A program made the position numbers and the translations under genes. From Gnetum montanum (taxonomy: Eukaryota; Plantae; Gnetophyta), in contig MNCI01002989.1 of the NCBI GenBank assembly GCA_015680685.1, positions 715,706-779,705 of the forward strand: 64,000 nucleotides of DNA, given 5' to 3'. Position 1 is the stretch's first letter, and each line of letters begins with the position of its first letter. Below, piece by piece: positions 1 to 12,325 of the stretch. A model generated the notes under the pieces. The model was not told the DNA's origin and made no database searches. It saw only the letters and a program-made list of their open reading frames with translations.

Positions 1-1269
1 TGTCATCATAATAAAGGTAATAATAAGTTTTAATTTTACACTACAAAGAATGTCCCAATATCCATGTACAACCATTTTTAGTATTAAAGGATGAAGCATA
101 TGTCTTTGGTATATTTCCTTTCAACAAAAATTATAGAATAAAATTCATATTCTTTGAATTCCTAAAATGCATTTTTAGTTAGTAAACAAAGGCTCCTTAT
201 AATGAATAAAAGAATATAGCAAGCCTATAACAAGCATGATTTATAGGTTGTATTAACGTATAAGATAAAAAAATGTAGAATTCAAAGCTTAAAGATATTT
301 ATAGCTTCTTTTGTTTTGACATTATGTTAATGTGAATGATCCATATATAGCATGTTGGAAAATTTGTTATAGATAACTCTCAAAATACTCGATAGAGAAA
401 CACATTCATAGACATGTAAAATATGCAAATTGTCATAATTGTAACAATATGGAAAATAATATCTTAAAATTGAAATGGCTACATGCTATATATAATTTAA
501 TGTAAACCTAAGAATGCTAAGAATGAATTTAAGATTTTTTGTATTAAGCAAAGTATTGGAAGTTCAAATGTTCCTTTTGTTGTAGAGAACAAAGCTAGAA
601 TATTCAGTAAATCTCCAAAGAAGATTGCCAATATTGTTGCCTAGTGGTTTGGTCCAAAAATGGATGAACTCAAAAAGCTTTCACAAAATACTTTAAAATT
701 GGCATGGCTAGATGTTGTTTATAAAATTGTACATGATCTTTCTAAGCTTGTCCAACAAAGAAAGTCTTAAAAATTCTTTTACTTTGAATTGAAATTCAAG
801 TTCCGCCAAAATTGTTTAAAAAAAGATATAGCCTAAATAAAAAAGGTTTGAAATATAGTATAATGAAATATATCTCATTAGTCATTGAAATCTGTGAAAA
901 CTATCAATAACCCTTGATATGCCATATTAAAGAACCTTAAAATGCCATTAGACCAAGATTTCTTAGCTATCATACAAAAGCTATATGCTTGCAATATTTT
1001 TGAAAATAAAATCAATGCCTATTTTAGGCTTTAACCTATTATCATCTAATGGAAACATGTGTAATGAAAAGTCCTGCACATTATTCATATGTAATCTTGA
1101 TTATCTTTACCTTGTTTTAACATCCATTTTAATGCTCCATTTTTATAATTAAGGAAAATCTATATGTACAAAAAATAATTAAAATTTACAATTAGCATAA
1201 ACATGTATTTGGAAAAAGAAAACTTCATAGCAATTTAATTCTAAAATAAGCATATAATTATTTACATTT

Positions 1270-1889
1270 AGGATTGTTGCTATTTCATTCATTAACACTA
1301 AATAATAACTTTCTTGAAGATCACTTTTTGATAGCTCAACATCTATTCAATTTAGTAGGACTAATCCAACTAGACAATCTTTTCTTAGTTACAAGCTACA
1401 TTTTTTAAACACTGAAATTATATTTTTCAATTAAATTATTGATATCCTTACGTAGCTCAACTATATAGTCATGATTTATAAGCATACAATGAGCCAGATT
1501 TAGTATTTTCTTATTTCTAAAACCATCATTTTCAAATCATCTTTATCATTATCAAAATTTGAGAAAGATGATAGACAATTTTGATCATGTTCTTCATTGC
1601 AAGTATGGACATTTACATTTTGAGGATCAACCCTTATAGAATATGATGCAACTTGTTTACTATTATTATTATAAGAATGATTTACCATAACTAGATCAAC
1701 TACATTCAATTCATTAGACAAGTCAACATCTTTAAATGCATCAATATTTAAAGATGTTCTTGCTCAAGATAAAAATTTCTGAGGTATATTTGTCTTTATT
1801 TACCATGAGAATATTCATTACATGTCTACAAATATGCCCTTGTATAGTCCATTTACATTTGCATAAAATGCCATGAGAATATACTTTAG
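1270..1889 (-). pseudogene. MULE transposase C-terminal part with SWIM zinc finger
   Basis: GILCKCKWTIQGHICRHVMNIL (C-x-C...C-x-H SWIM) at ~1810-1875, followed by degenerate coding sequence that includes ORF 1500..1721. Lower boundary approximate. Confidence 0.75.
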
Positions 1890-1989
1890 AAACTTCACTT
1901 TTAAAACTTCACTTCACTAGCATCTAGAATATTTAAGTCTGTATTATGTTATGCTGTTGCTTCACTAGCATGCAAACCACGAAAATAGT

Positions 1990-2550
1990 AGACTTTGGAC
2001 TTTACTACCATAGGTTTGAAGTAGAAAATTTTTACATTGCTACTGGTCACATTTTGTATTAGGAGTCAAAGGATAACTTTGCTAAAGTCTTAAGCAAGTT
2101 GGTTATATGCATCAATATATTTGATAAAATTATGTTTATACCATGTTAAAATTGGTAATTTATCAATTTTATGCATATTTTGGTAAATATATGCATCATT
2201 TTTGCATATGAATTATATCTAGTGATCTATATAGTTTTGTATAATTAGAGAGTAGCCATAGCATCTTTAATTATGCAAAATTATGTACTAGGAGCTTTTG
2301 GGTCACATATGGTAGACAACATTAAAAATTATGATTAATCATATGTAATATGTTAAATTTTATTCCATAGGAATTATTATTGTATTTAATATGATTAAGT
2401 AGGATGATATGTTAAATTATTTTTCTTAATTTGCCCATAGGGATTAAGAAAAGGAATATAATTTAATAGTTTCATCATAAGGATATATGAATCTGTTTGA
2501 ATTAAAATTTATCCCACAGGCAATTTTATGTCATTTGATTCATATTTTTC
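1990..2550 (+). other. Array of stem-loops with CCA(T/C)AG(G) loop motif in the copia 5' leader
   Basis: Examples: ttttgtataattagag-agtagCCATAGcat-ctttaattatgcaaaa; ttttcttaat-ttgcCCATAGGg-attaagaaaa; tatgaatc...aaaatt-tatcCCACAGGc-aatttt...gattcata. Confidence 0.7.
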
Positions 2551-2625
2551 ATGTTTTAGATTGGTAAACATGTCTTATGGTATTTAACCTCAAATTTAGT
2601 GACATAAGCATGTTTGATTATGCAA

Positions 2626-5600
2626 TTGTACAACCTGTAAGCTACTCTGATTTTAAATGTGACATTCCTGAATTAAAGGGTGATAATTATAAGGTGTGGA
2701 AGGATAGAATTCTTGTTCATTTAGGCTAGATGGACATTAATTATGCTATCCATAAGGATGAACCACCTGCCATTACAACAATTAGCCATCTGGATGATAT
2801 TAGTAATTATGAAAAATGGGAGCAATCTAATCACCTCTATGTCATGTTCATAAAAATCAAGATCTCGGTTGGTATGTGTAGTTCACTAGAACAATATGAC
2901 AATGTGCACGCTTTGTTAAAGGTCATTGATGAACAATTTGAATCATTAGACAAGGTGTTGGCCAACACCTTGATAATGAAGTTCTCATCCATGAAACTCA
3001 TTGAAACTCGTGATGTGCGTGAGCACATCAGGCAAATGAGGGATATAATGGCTCAACTCAAAACACTTGAGGTTGAGATGTCAAAATATTTCCTTGTGCA
3101 CTACATCTTAAACACACTCCCACCACATTACAGACCCTATAAGATTTCTTATAACACACATAAGGACAAATGGTCAATTAATGAACTAATGACCATGTGT
3201 GTGCAAGAAGAGGGAAGACTTGCTATGGAAGTGAAAGAGAGTGTGCATCTGGCTACACAAGGAAAGAATAAAGAAAAAACCAAAGGTAAGAGTAAGGTCA
3301 ACTTATCTACACAAGCTAATATTAAGAAGGAATCCAGATGTTTTTTCTACAAAAAGAAAGGGCACATAAAGAAGGATTGTTCTAAATATTAGAAATGGCT
3401 TGAAAAGAAAGGTACTGAATTCTCACTTGTTTGTTTTGAATCTAATATGGTTGATGTTGGCCATGACACATGGTGGATTGATTCTCCATCTACAATTCAT
3501 GTTACCAATTCCTTGCAAGTGGTGAAAAACCTAAGGAAGAAAGTGGGAAGTGAGCCATGCATCTATTTAGGCAATAAGATGCACTCACATGTGGAGGTAG
3601 TTGGAACATGCAAATTAGTTTTAAGTAGTGGTTTTGTTTTAGAGTTGGAAAGGAAATTTTATATTCCTAGTTTTTAAAGGAATTTAATTTCTATTTCAAG
3701 GCTTATATCATTGGGATTTTCCTTTAATTTTTCAGATACTATATTTAGATTATATTATAGATCTGAACTTATTGGAAATGGTACATTGACAAATGGTCTT
3801 TTCAAAATTAATTTACAAAGTGAAACTTCTTATACTTCTATGCATGTTCATGATAGCATTAAGAGATGTGTTATGAATGATGAATCCTCTATGTTGTGGC
3901 ATCATAAATTAGGACAGATCTCTATTGAGAGAATAAAGAGATTAGTAAATGATGGAGTACTTAGTACTCTAGATTTTACTGACTTTGACACTTGTGTGGA
4001 CTACATAAACGGAAAGTAGACAAAATGTCAAAGAAAGGTGCCAAGAGGAGTTCAAACATATTAGAGATCATACATATAGATATTTGTAATCTAGATATGG
4101 ATGTGTATGGTCAAAAGTATTTCATTACCTTTATTGATGATTATTCACGATATATGTATCTCTACTTGCTTCATAATAAGAGTGAAGCTTTAGATGCCTT
4201 TAAGGTGTTTAAAGTTGAAGTAGAGAAAAAATGTGGTAAGCAAATAAAGATAGTGAGATTTGATAGAGGTGGTAAATACTATGGTAGATATATTGATGAT
4301 GGACAAGCACTTGGTCCATTTGCTAAGTTTCTTCAAGAGCATGGGATTGTTGCCTAGTACACCATGCCTGGTTCTCTAGACCAAAATGGTATGGTAGAAA
4401 GAAGAAATAGAACATTATTGGACATGGTGTGGAGTACACTTAGCAGCTCCAAGCTTCCTAAGTCCTTGTGGATTGAAGCTCTTAAGATGGCCGTGTATAT
4501 ATTAAACTGAGTTCCAACTAAGGCTGTCTCAAAGACACCATTTGAATTATTGAAAGGTTGGAAACTGAGTTTACTACATATACACATTTGGGGATGCTCG
4601 TCTAAAGTAAGAGTCTATAATCCACAAGAAAAGAAGCTAGACCTAAGGACCATAAGCATGTATTTCATTAGATATGCTGAACGATCTAAGGGATACAAAT
4701 TTTATTATCCATCGCATACTACTAGGTTTGTGGAATCAAGGAATGCTAAATTTCTTGAGAATGACTTGATTAGTGGAGTAGTATATCTTGGAAAATTGTT
4801 CTTGAGATAGATCATACAGATTCTCAACCCACTATTTCAAATGATAGAATAATTATTATGCACAATATGCCTAGAGAACAAATGTGTAATGAAAAACAAC
4901 CAGCCATTGAAGTTCCACAAACTGCTAATCAAGAAGTAGTAGATCCAGCTAAATAATAGATACTAGAACCTGTTGAAAAGCTTGTTGAATATCATGATCC
5001 TCAAGAGAATGATGAACCAACATTAATAAGATCTAGTAGAGTAAGGTGATTAGTGATTCCTAGTGACTATATGATGTATCTATAGGAGTCGAAAATGATC
5101 CTGAAACGTTTTCACAAGCCATGAGTTGTAAGGAATCTAACTTGTGTTAAGATTCCATGAAAGAGGAAATGAACTCTATGTCATCTAATGGAGTCTGGGA
5201 TCTTGTCAAGTTGCTTGATGGTGTAAAAGCCATTGGATGCAAATGGGTCTTCAAGACTAAGAAAGACTCATTGGACAACATTAAAAGATATAAGGCTAGA
5301 CTTGTTGCTAAAGGGTTCACTCAGAAAGAGGGAATAGATTACAAGGAGACCTTTTCTCCTATATCTAGAAGGACTCCCTTCATGTTATCATGGCATTGAT
5401 TACCCATTTTGATCTTGAATTACATTAAATGGACATGAAAACAACATTCCTTAATGGTGATCTAGAGGAAGAGGTTTATATGAAACAACTTGAAGGATTT
5501 TCCTCTAGTGATGGTGAGCAATTGGTATGCAAGCTCAAGAAATCCATATATGGATTGAAAGAGGCCTCCTGTTAATGGTACTTAAAATTCCATGATATCA

Positions 5601-6665
5601 TCACTTCATTTGGTTTTGAAGAAAACATCATGGATCAATGTATATACTAGAAGGTCAGTGGAAGAAAAATCTGTTTCCTCATTCTATATGTGGATGATAT
5701 CTTTCTTGCAACCAATAATAGTGGATATCTATACAAGGTGAAACATTTTCTCTCTAATAATTTCAAGATGAAGGATCTGCATGAGGCATCTTATGTCATT
5801 GGCATTCAGATCCATAGGGATAGATCTAGATGTATTCTAGGATTGTCGTAGGAAACCTATATCAATAAGTTTTAGAGAGGTTTAGATGAAAGATTGTTCA
5901 CCAAGTATAGCATCCATTGTGAAGGGTGACAGGTTCAATTTGGACCAGTGCCCTAGGAATGATTTAGAGAAGAGTCAGATGAGCAACATTTTGTATGCTT
6001 CAGCTGTTGGAAGCCTTATGTATGCTTAGATCTGCACAAGACTTGACATTGCATTTTCTATGGGAATCTTGGGTAGATATCAGAGTAATTTAGGTATTGA
6101 CCACTAGAGGGCTATAAAGAAAGTGATGAGGTACCTTCAAGGTACAAAAGACTACATGCTTATGTATAAACAAATTGTCTCCTTCGAGGTGATTAGCTAC
6201 TTTCATTCAAACTTTGCTGGTTGTGTCGATTCACAGAAATCCACATGTAGTTATGTTTTTATGCTAGCTGGAGGAGCTATATCTTGGAGGAGTGGAAAGA
6301 AAATTTTGGTTACTACTTCCACCATGGAGGTAGAGTTTGTTTCCTATTTTGAGGCTACTTTGCATGGTATATGGCTAAAGAGTTTCATAATAGGGCTTAG
6401 AATTGTGGATTTTATATCTAGGCCATTAAGAATGTTTTGTGATAATTCAACTATTATCTTTATGGCTAAGAATAATAAGAGTGGCAGTCAAAGTAAACAC
6501 ATCAACATAAAGTACTTAGCCATAAGGAAACGCATTAGAGAAAACAAAGTGGTCATTGCACATCTAAGCACTAAATTAATGATAGCTGATCCTTTGACAA
6601 AAGGAATGCCACCGAAGTCATTTAAGGATCATGTAGTTCAGATGGGACTTGATTCCATAATGTAA
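2626..6665 (+). pseudogene. copia gag-pol polyprotein, disrupted by stops and frameshifts
   Basis: Gag with zinc knuckle (RCFFYKKKGHIKKDC), protease (WWIDS), GAG-pre-integrase (LWHHKLG), rve (IHIDIC...FIDDYSRY), RT ([18 protein letters not shown]; LYVDD near 5685-5698), RNase H (ADPLTK). Confidence 0.95.
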
Positions 6666-6942
6666 TTTATTGTACATACAACTTATAGTCTTAATGAAAC
6701 TCTTATGCACTTGCGATATTTTCTCATATGGTTTACACATATAGTTATTAGAGAAAATACACATATAGCAGGGCCTTGAATGAAAACTAGGTTTATTCAT
6801 AAAGTTACATTCCCATATAAGGAATTATGTTTGAGAGATAATGCATTGTAATACATGGAAGATAATACTCACATTTAGCGGAACTATCACCATGATTCAT
6901 GCATTTATTTCTGAACCTCTAGACTTGATTAAATATGGAGAC

Positions 6943-6954
6943 CAAGTGGGAGAT
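6943..6954 (+). promoter_or_regulatory. copia polypurine tract
   Basis: CAAGTGGGAGAT immediately before TGTAAC. Confidence 0.8.
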
Positions 6955-7367
6955 TGTAACGTGCATTTACGCATTGATGTGGCCTCCATATCCATTGATG
7001 CTTATATGCGTTGGCATAATGCATTTTTGCATTGGCGTTGGGGTGGCATCCACATTCGGATGGGGTTTTGGATCTCTTATTTTTCAAATTTTCTCTCATT
7101 GTAACTAATTCCATGGCCTATAAATTCGTTCTTGATGGGAGAACAAAGGCATCACGAATCATAGTAGGATTGTAGTTTAGGTTCCTTTCATAGACACTTA
7201 GAGGTTGCATACACCATCATTACAAAGCACCAGTGTGAAAGAAGAATCTAAACAAGATTAATCGAAGGCATCAATGGCTAGAGGTCTGGTTCATTTGCTT
7301 TCACATTTTGTACTTTAATTACTTGTGCAATCTAGTTTTTTTTTTTTTGCACAATTATTTTCTTACA
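6955..7367 (+). repeat. copia 3' LTR (~413 bp)
   Basis: Begins TGTAA after the PPT, ends TTACA, and has a TATA-like CTATAAAT near 7118. MULE exon sequence resumes at 7368. Confidence 0.8.
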
Positions 7368-7480
7368 TCTTTGATATCTTTTATCTTCCTTCTTTGTCAT
7401 TGACCTTAGAAGTAAGATTAATTCACCATGCATGAGATAAATGACCAAACCATAGAAAAAACAACAACCAAATATAAATA
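7368..7480 (-). pseudogene. MULE transposase exon (C-x-x-H / AW..NL region), cut by the copia element
   Basis: IFGCCFFLWFGHLSHAW*INLTSKV resembles the family motif VF.C..LC.WHV.RAW.KNL. It ends exactly at the copia LTR end. Confidence 0.7.
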
Positions 7481-7565
7481 TATTGAAATAAATTATCTAT
7501 AATTTAGAATTGATTAAGATTGTTAATAAATAAATATTTATGAATTATCTAATATGAAATCATAT

Positions 7566-7775
7566 CTAACTACATTGATTTCAGCCTTTGAATCATCAAG
7601 CATAAGAACATTTAACATCCAATTAGCAATTGCAGTTTTGCATTTAACATTCAACTTATTCAACCATTGCTTAACATCTAATTCAGTGCATCTTGATGAA
7701 ATCACTCATGTAACACGAATACCATTATAATGAGAACCAATAGCCATAACTGTATACAAGTGAAAGAATAACAAA
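7566..7775 (-). pseudogene. MULE transposase core exon with second catalytic Asp
   Basis: LYTVMAIGSHYNGIRVT*VISSRCTELDVKQWLNKL...WMLNVLMLDDSKAEINVV matches the MULE core (LYTL...G.PVAW.I...F..DD..AEI). Confidence 0.85.
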
Positions 7776-7872
7776 ACCCATTAGAAAATGAAAATATTAA
7801 TTATATGTATAAAAAACTAAATCATCATATTTAACTAATAATGAAATACTAAAAAATTTAAATTCAAATTAC

Positions 7873-8007
7873 TTCATATTTGTTTGTGTTAAATGTAGCA
7901 TCCATTGTCAATATGCTATTGTGTGATAGAATGATCATTTTTTTTAGCATTCATGGTGACTAAAGACTAATAATTAATGGGATATTTTTCTCTTTGTGCT
8001 CCTCCTT
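7873..8007 (-). pseudogene. MULE transposase exon with first catalytic Asp (DATF motif)
   Basis: KEEHKEKNIPLIISL*SP*MLKKMIILSHNSILTMDATFNTNKYE followed by a GTAAT donor at 7872. Confidence 0.85.
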
Positions 8008-8787
8008 TGATGAGTGGTGAGGTACCCCTACACTCAACCATACGAATACGATCGTTTCATGCACGATCCGGTTGAACTCCGCAGACGGGCTAGTTGTGGT
8101 ATCTAGACAGTTATTCTGAGGTCGTAGTTCGCTGTCTTCCCACCTGGACTAGTATTAACTTTGTCACATATGGTTTAGTCTAGAGTGAGGTGTATGATGT
8201 GTTCCTACACTAATGCTACTCCTGGGTACGATGGGAAATAATATTAACTAAGCTACGAGGGAGAGGGTGAGAGAGAATCTAAGCTAGCCTAAGTGTGATG
8301 AGCATCCGTTCCTTAATCATTCATACACATCTTGGACCTCGTGCATGACTACGACTAGGATTACCAAGCGCATGGCATAAGTACGCTACTGGGTTACCAA
8401 GTAGTCACATTTGAATGCTCGTGATTAAGTCGTACTCACTTTGCATTACTAGGAGATAAGGATGAGAGATATTAACTAAGAAAGAAGTAAATAACAATTA
8501 AATAAATAATTAAACTAAGTGAATGTTGCAATGATGAAGTAATCTCGATCTTTATTGCTAGCCATGTGAGTGTCCAAGTACGTCACACTAAAATAAGGAT
8601 GCTGTACAATTACAATCACCGCACTGCGGGCATACATTGGGAGAGAAGGGTTGAGAGAGAAACTGATGTAAAAAGACACTTAAATTTAACAACTCTAATC
8701 ACTAATGCCTACTAGATTTGTCTACCTCTTATTTATAGATGAGGAGATATGTTGTGATATCGTGGCCAACAAAATGATTACTCATCA
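8008..8787 (-). repeat. 3' LTR of Athila A (780 bp)
   Basis: Direct repeat of 15626-16419, roughly 90-93% identical by eye. Adjacent PPT CATGGGGGTA on the minus strand at 8788-8797. Confidence 0.95.
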
Positions 8788-8977
8788 TACCCCCATGATT
8801 GAATGAAAACTTGTCCTTGAGTTATAGTGAGAACAAGCTCCATTGATTACGCAGTGGATAGGTATGGGATTATTGAATGGTGAGAATGGGTTCATGCCGA
8901 AGTATGGAATCAAACAAAATTGAGACACAACACAAAGAATGCTAAAGAAAATCCTACAGCTACAATATTGATGGAAC

Positions 8978-11759
8978 TCATGTAGTTCCTGGTGGTGGTG
9001 GCTCCTCCATGGGTGTCTTTCCCTTGTCTTGTGCTCTAGGTTTTGGAACTTGATGGCGTTGAAGTATGGCCTGGAGTTTCTCCTCTTTGATTCAGGGGTC
9101 TTGTGCCATCCATGCTAATGTTTCGATGTTTGATGGAGTTAGCACTTCCCATGGGCAGCGTAGCTGCAAAAACATTTGATTTGCCTTGACATACCAAGCT
9201 GCAAACACCCGTCGTTCCTCCTTGTAGGCTCTGGCTTTGTCTCTGTATTCTTGGAAATTTGCAAGCCATCGAGCCAAATCTATTGCAACACCTTTTTGTC
9301 CCTAGTAGCTTGCTTTAACCACCTCAAGTTCAGAATTTGCAATCTCTAGTTTTTACAATATCCTCTTGCGTTTTGCAAATTCTATTTCATATTTTCTGTA
9401 GGTGGTGGCTACCTGTTGCTTAAGCTTTGTTCTCGAGCACCATGCTATTAACATGGCAAGGTTGGCATATCGCAGGTTTGCCAACTCCATGTATTCTGTA
9501 AGATCCTAGATCTGTAGGTCTTGGTTCTTAACTTCTGCTTGGTGGGCCAATGCATATGTGTCCAGTATGATCTGCCAGTCAGTGTGTTGAGCATTGATAG
9601 CATTGATGTGGGCCTTGGCCATATAGATTTCCTTCTCAATGATCTATCTGTACATCCCCACCTGGTCGCAGAAGTGCTCCTTTAACTCTTCATTCCGTTT
9701 AGCCTCATTTTGCCACGCACTTATTTCGATAGCCATCTTCTGGCAGATGGCACATACCTCCTCCATTGAGAGGGTTTGATTCTCCTTAGCTAAATGGTTC
9801 ATGTGTTGGTTGACTTGGATGAATTGTTCTCGCAACTGATGAAATTTTTTTTTTGAGAACATTCTTTTGCTTTTCCATAGAGGTCAACCGAAGGTTGTCA
9901 GCAACAAGCTGCTTATTTTCCTCTTGTAAGGCCTTGAGTGCCTTGGTATGCACATAAGTTTGCACTTGTGCTGCAGAGGCATCCCAAATAGCCTTCTCTT
10001 TTTCTTTTTCCACCTTCTTATTCTCTGTTAGTAAGTTGGTTAGTTACTCAGTTTTGAAACTGTCCAGCTGGTCTACGGGAACAAATTGCAATGGGTCCCG
10101 CTGTGCTGCTTACAGGGTCACGAGCATTTCTTGCAATTTTTGCACCTCTACTTCAGTGTGCTCGGCCCTCATCTTTGCCAAGACCAGCTTTCCCTTGGTG
10201 GAAATGAGGTCTGACTGAATTACTGTCACATCCTGAGGGGTGTCAATTAGGGATGTCATTACCTGTCCTATTTGTAGCAATTGATGAAGTACATCCTCAT
10301 GTTCTGCAGGAGTTATTGAGGTTCTAGCTAAATTTTGAGCATCTCGTGCTCCTGTGAGATCTGTCAGTGGCACAACAGGTACATTGAACGATTCTTTAAT
10401 GTGGTCTACGATCACTTCTGCGGCTCCCGCTACATCCTAGTGTTGCATGACCACCACTGTGGCCCCTTCACCAATTTCTAATTGCTCTTGGAATGATGCA
10501 GTGTTCCTCGAGATTTTTTGTGACCAAGTGCTCTCCCCTCCTCTTGCATGGATGGACACTTCACCCCTTGCATGATCCAAAGAAACCATGGGCTGTATGG
10601 CATTGTCGATGATGCGGAAGAGATTTGCATCATCATGACTTCCCCAACTGATCGTCTCAGCGATGGCCTTGAGATGGCTCATCGACGGTCTATAATCTTA
10701 CAGTGGTGGTGGTTGATCTCGGCCTATGCTGGGCCCTACTTCTTGTTGTTGGCTGGGCCCCATACTTGGAAGTTGGTTGGGTCCTGCAAGTTGAGTTGCA
10801 ATTGGCCCAGCCGTCTGTTCTTTTTCTTGTTCTGATCCCAGCATCTCACCAGTGATTTTTCTTGCTGCTGGTGGCTTTAACAATTTAGCATATGAAGCAT
10901 TTTTGGCTTTTCGGAGGACATCATTAGTGTATCCCCTGATACCAACATGTCGGCATAGCTTCCTGATAAGGCAAGGGAAGGGCAACGCCATCTTCCTTGT
11001 CTTCCATTCTTTGAACTACTTCAGGACCTCTATAAAGTATAGATGAGGTAGGTTAACATTAACCTTTTCCATCAACACTACACATCCCCTTGCCACATAT
11101 GTTAAAATCCTTTTTAAGCCCTTCATGGGGAAGAGGTGATACGTTCCAATTTTGAAATAGATCCTCTCTTTCGTTGTCAACTCTCCAAATGTCTTATCCT
11201 TGCCATATGTCCTTTCCAACCAAACTCGTTGTGCATCAGGGTCTGAATGGGTAGATAATTGAGCAACCTTTGGCCTTATATTCAGAAGGTTTAATACTTT
11301 TGAAATGGCCTGAACAGAGAAATCAACTGTCACACCACAAATGTTAATCATGGTGCCTTGTTCTTTGTTGTGCCAGAATTGGTACGTTTCCCCTAGGTAC
11401 CTTTTAGAGAGGATAGGCCATAAGGGAGACCCTTTGAGGTGGTCCCTAATAGCTTGTGGATCAAACTCTATGAAAGGTTCCAAATTTAATTCCACAATCA
11501 CTGCAGTGAATGTGGACCTTTCATGGATAGCCTTAACACAATCCTGGGACAACGTGAGATGTTGTCCCTGTTTAGGCGCTACATCAGCTCCTCCTTCTAC
11601 CTTCCTTGATTGTATAGTAGCAAGGTCTTCTTGGTGAATGCTAAATGATTTTTCCTCCTACTCTTCATGTTGTCCAGCAAGAACTTGTCGTTCGCCTCTC
11701 CTAGGTCGTTTGCTTCCACCTTGAGTAGGACCTTCCTGTTGTCCACGTTTCGGGGCCAT
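8978..11759 (-). pseudogene. Athila env-like / extra ORF (~930 codons; plant-transposon domain plus long coiled coil), few stops
   Basis: ATG directly after an aattgcag acceptor (MAPKRGQQEG...). It joins ORFs 11016..11552, 10698..10991 (LPFPCLIRKLC), 10437..10682, 10110..10415, 9786..10013, 9644..9862 and 9092..9277, and ends ...EEPPPPGTT*. Confidence 0.8.
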
Positions 11760-12256
11760 CTGCAATTACACGGGGCTAATCATTAGTAAGGTTGTTTTTG
11801 AAGTTAAGTTATACCTTATTGGTTACCTTAATGAATGTATTTTATCTCCATGTGATGTTTCTCGAAAGATTATAATAGTAAGTCCTTTTTACTTATGTGG
11901 TCTCACATTCTAGTTTCCCGGTATAACTAAGGGAATGAAATTATTTTCGGCACAATTATCCTTAATGTTATAACTAATTACCCTTGATAATGTCCTTTGG
12001 GCGATGATAAATTTCAAAAAAGTTATGCACTCTTTGGTGTGTGCCCCTCCCCCATGACTATGCTGAACACTTCGGGTTCAAGTAGGTTCAGACAAAATGA
12101 AAATCGGAGGACCAGCGAGCGAGATATAGGTATGAAAGCAAGGGACGCGAATTGCAAGTCATAGAGAGAAATTTGAAAAACTTCCCCTCGTGAATAGTTG
12201 AAAATGATGGGAAGTGGTGNNNNNNNNNNNNNNNNNNNNNNNGGGGGGGGGTCACG

Positions 12257-12325
12257 TATTTATATATTTTATGTGACGCGATATCGCGTCAGCCGTGATA
12301 TCACATACACGATATCACGGCCTAT
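12257..12325 (-). promoter_or_regulatory. Putative internal promoter of the Athila A extra ORF (TATA plus GATATC repeats)
   Basis: TATAAATA (minus strand, 12257-12264) preceded by the palindrome TGACGCGATATCGCGTCA (12274-12291) and two further GATATC units. This is the same arrangement as in the LTR. Confidence 0.55.

Larger units (their letters stand above)
1924..7367 (+). mobile_element. Ty1/copia LTR retrotransposon, 5' LTR and PBS deleted (tentatively TAR-like lineage)
   Basis: Complete gag-PR-INT-RT-RH order, PPT and 3' LTR are present. No 5' LTR copy or PBS was found upstream. The lineage is only a recollection-level guess. Confidence 0.92.

Noticed and set aside
1-1923. 5' LTR and TSD of the copia element; TIRs of the MULE
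   Set aside because: No copy of 6955-7367 was found upstream, and no matching inverted termini were recognised by eye.
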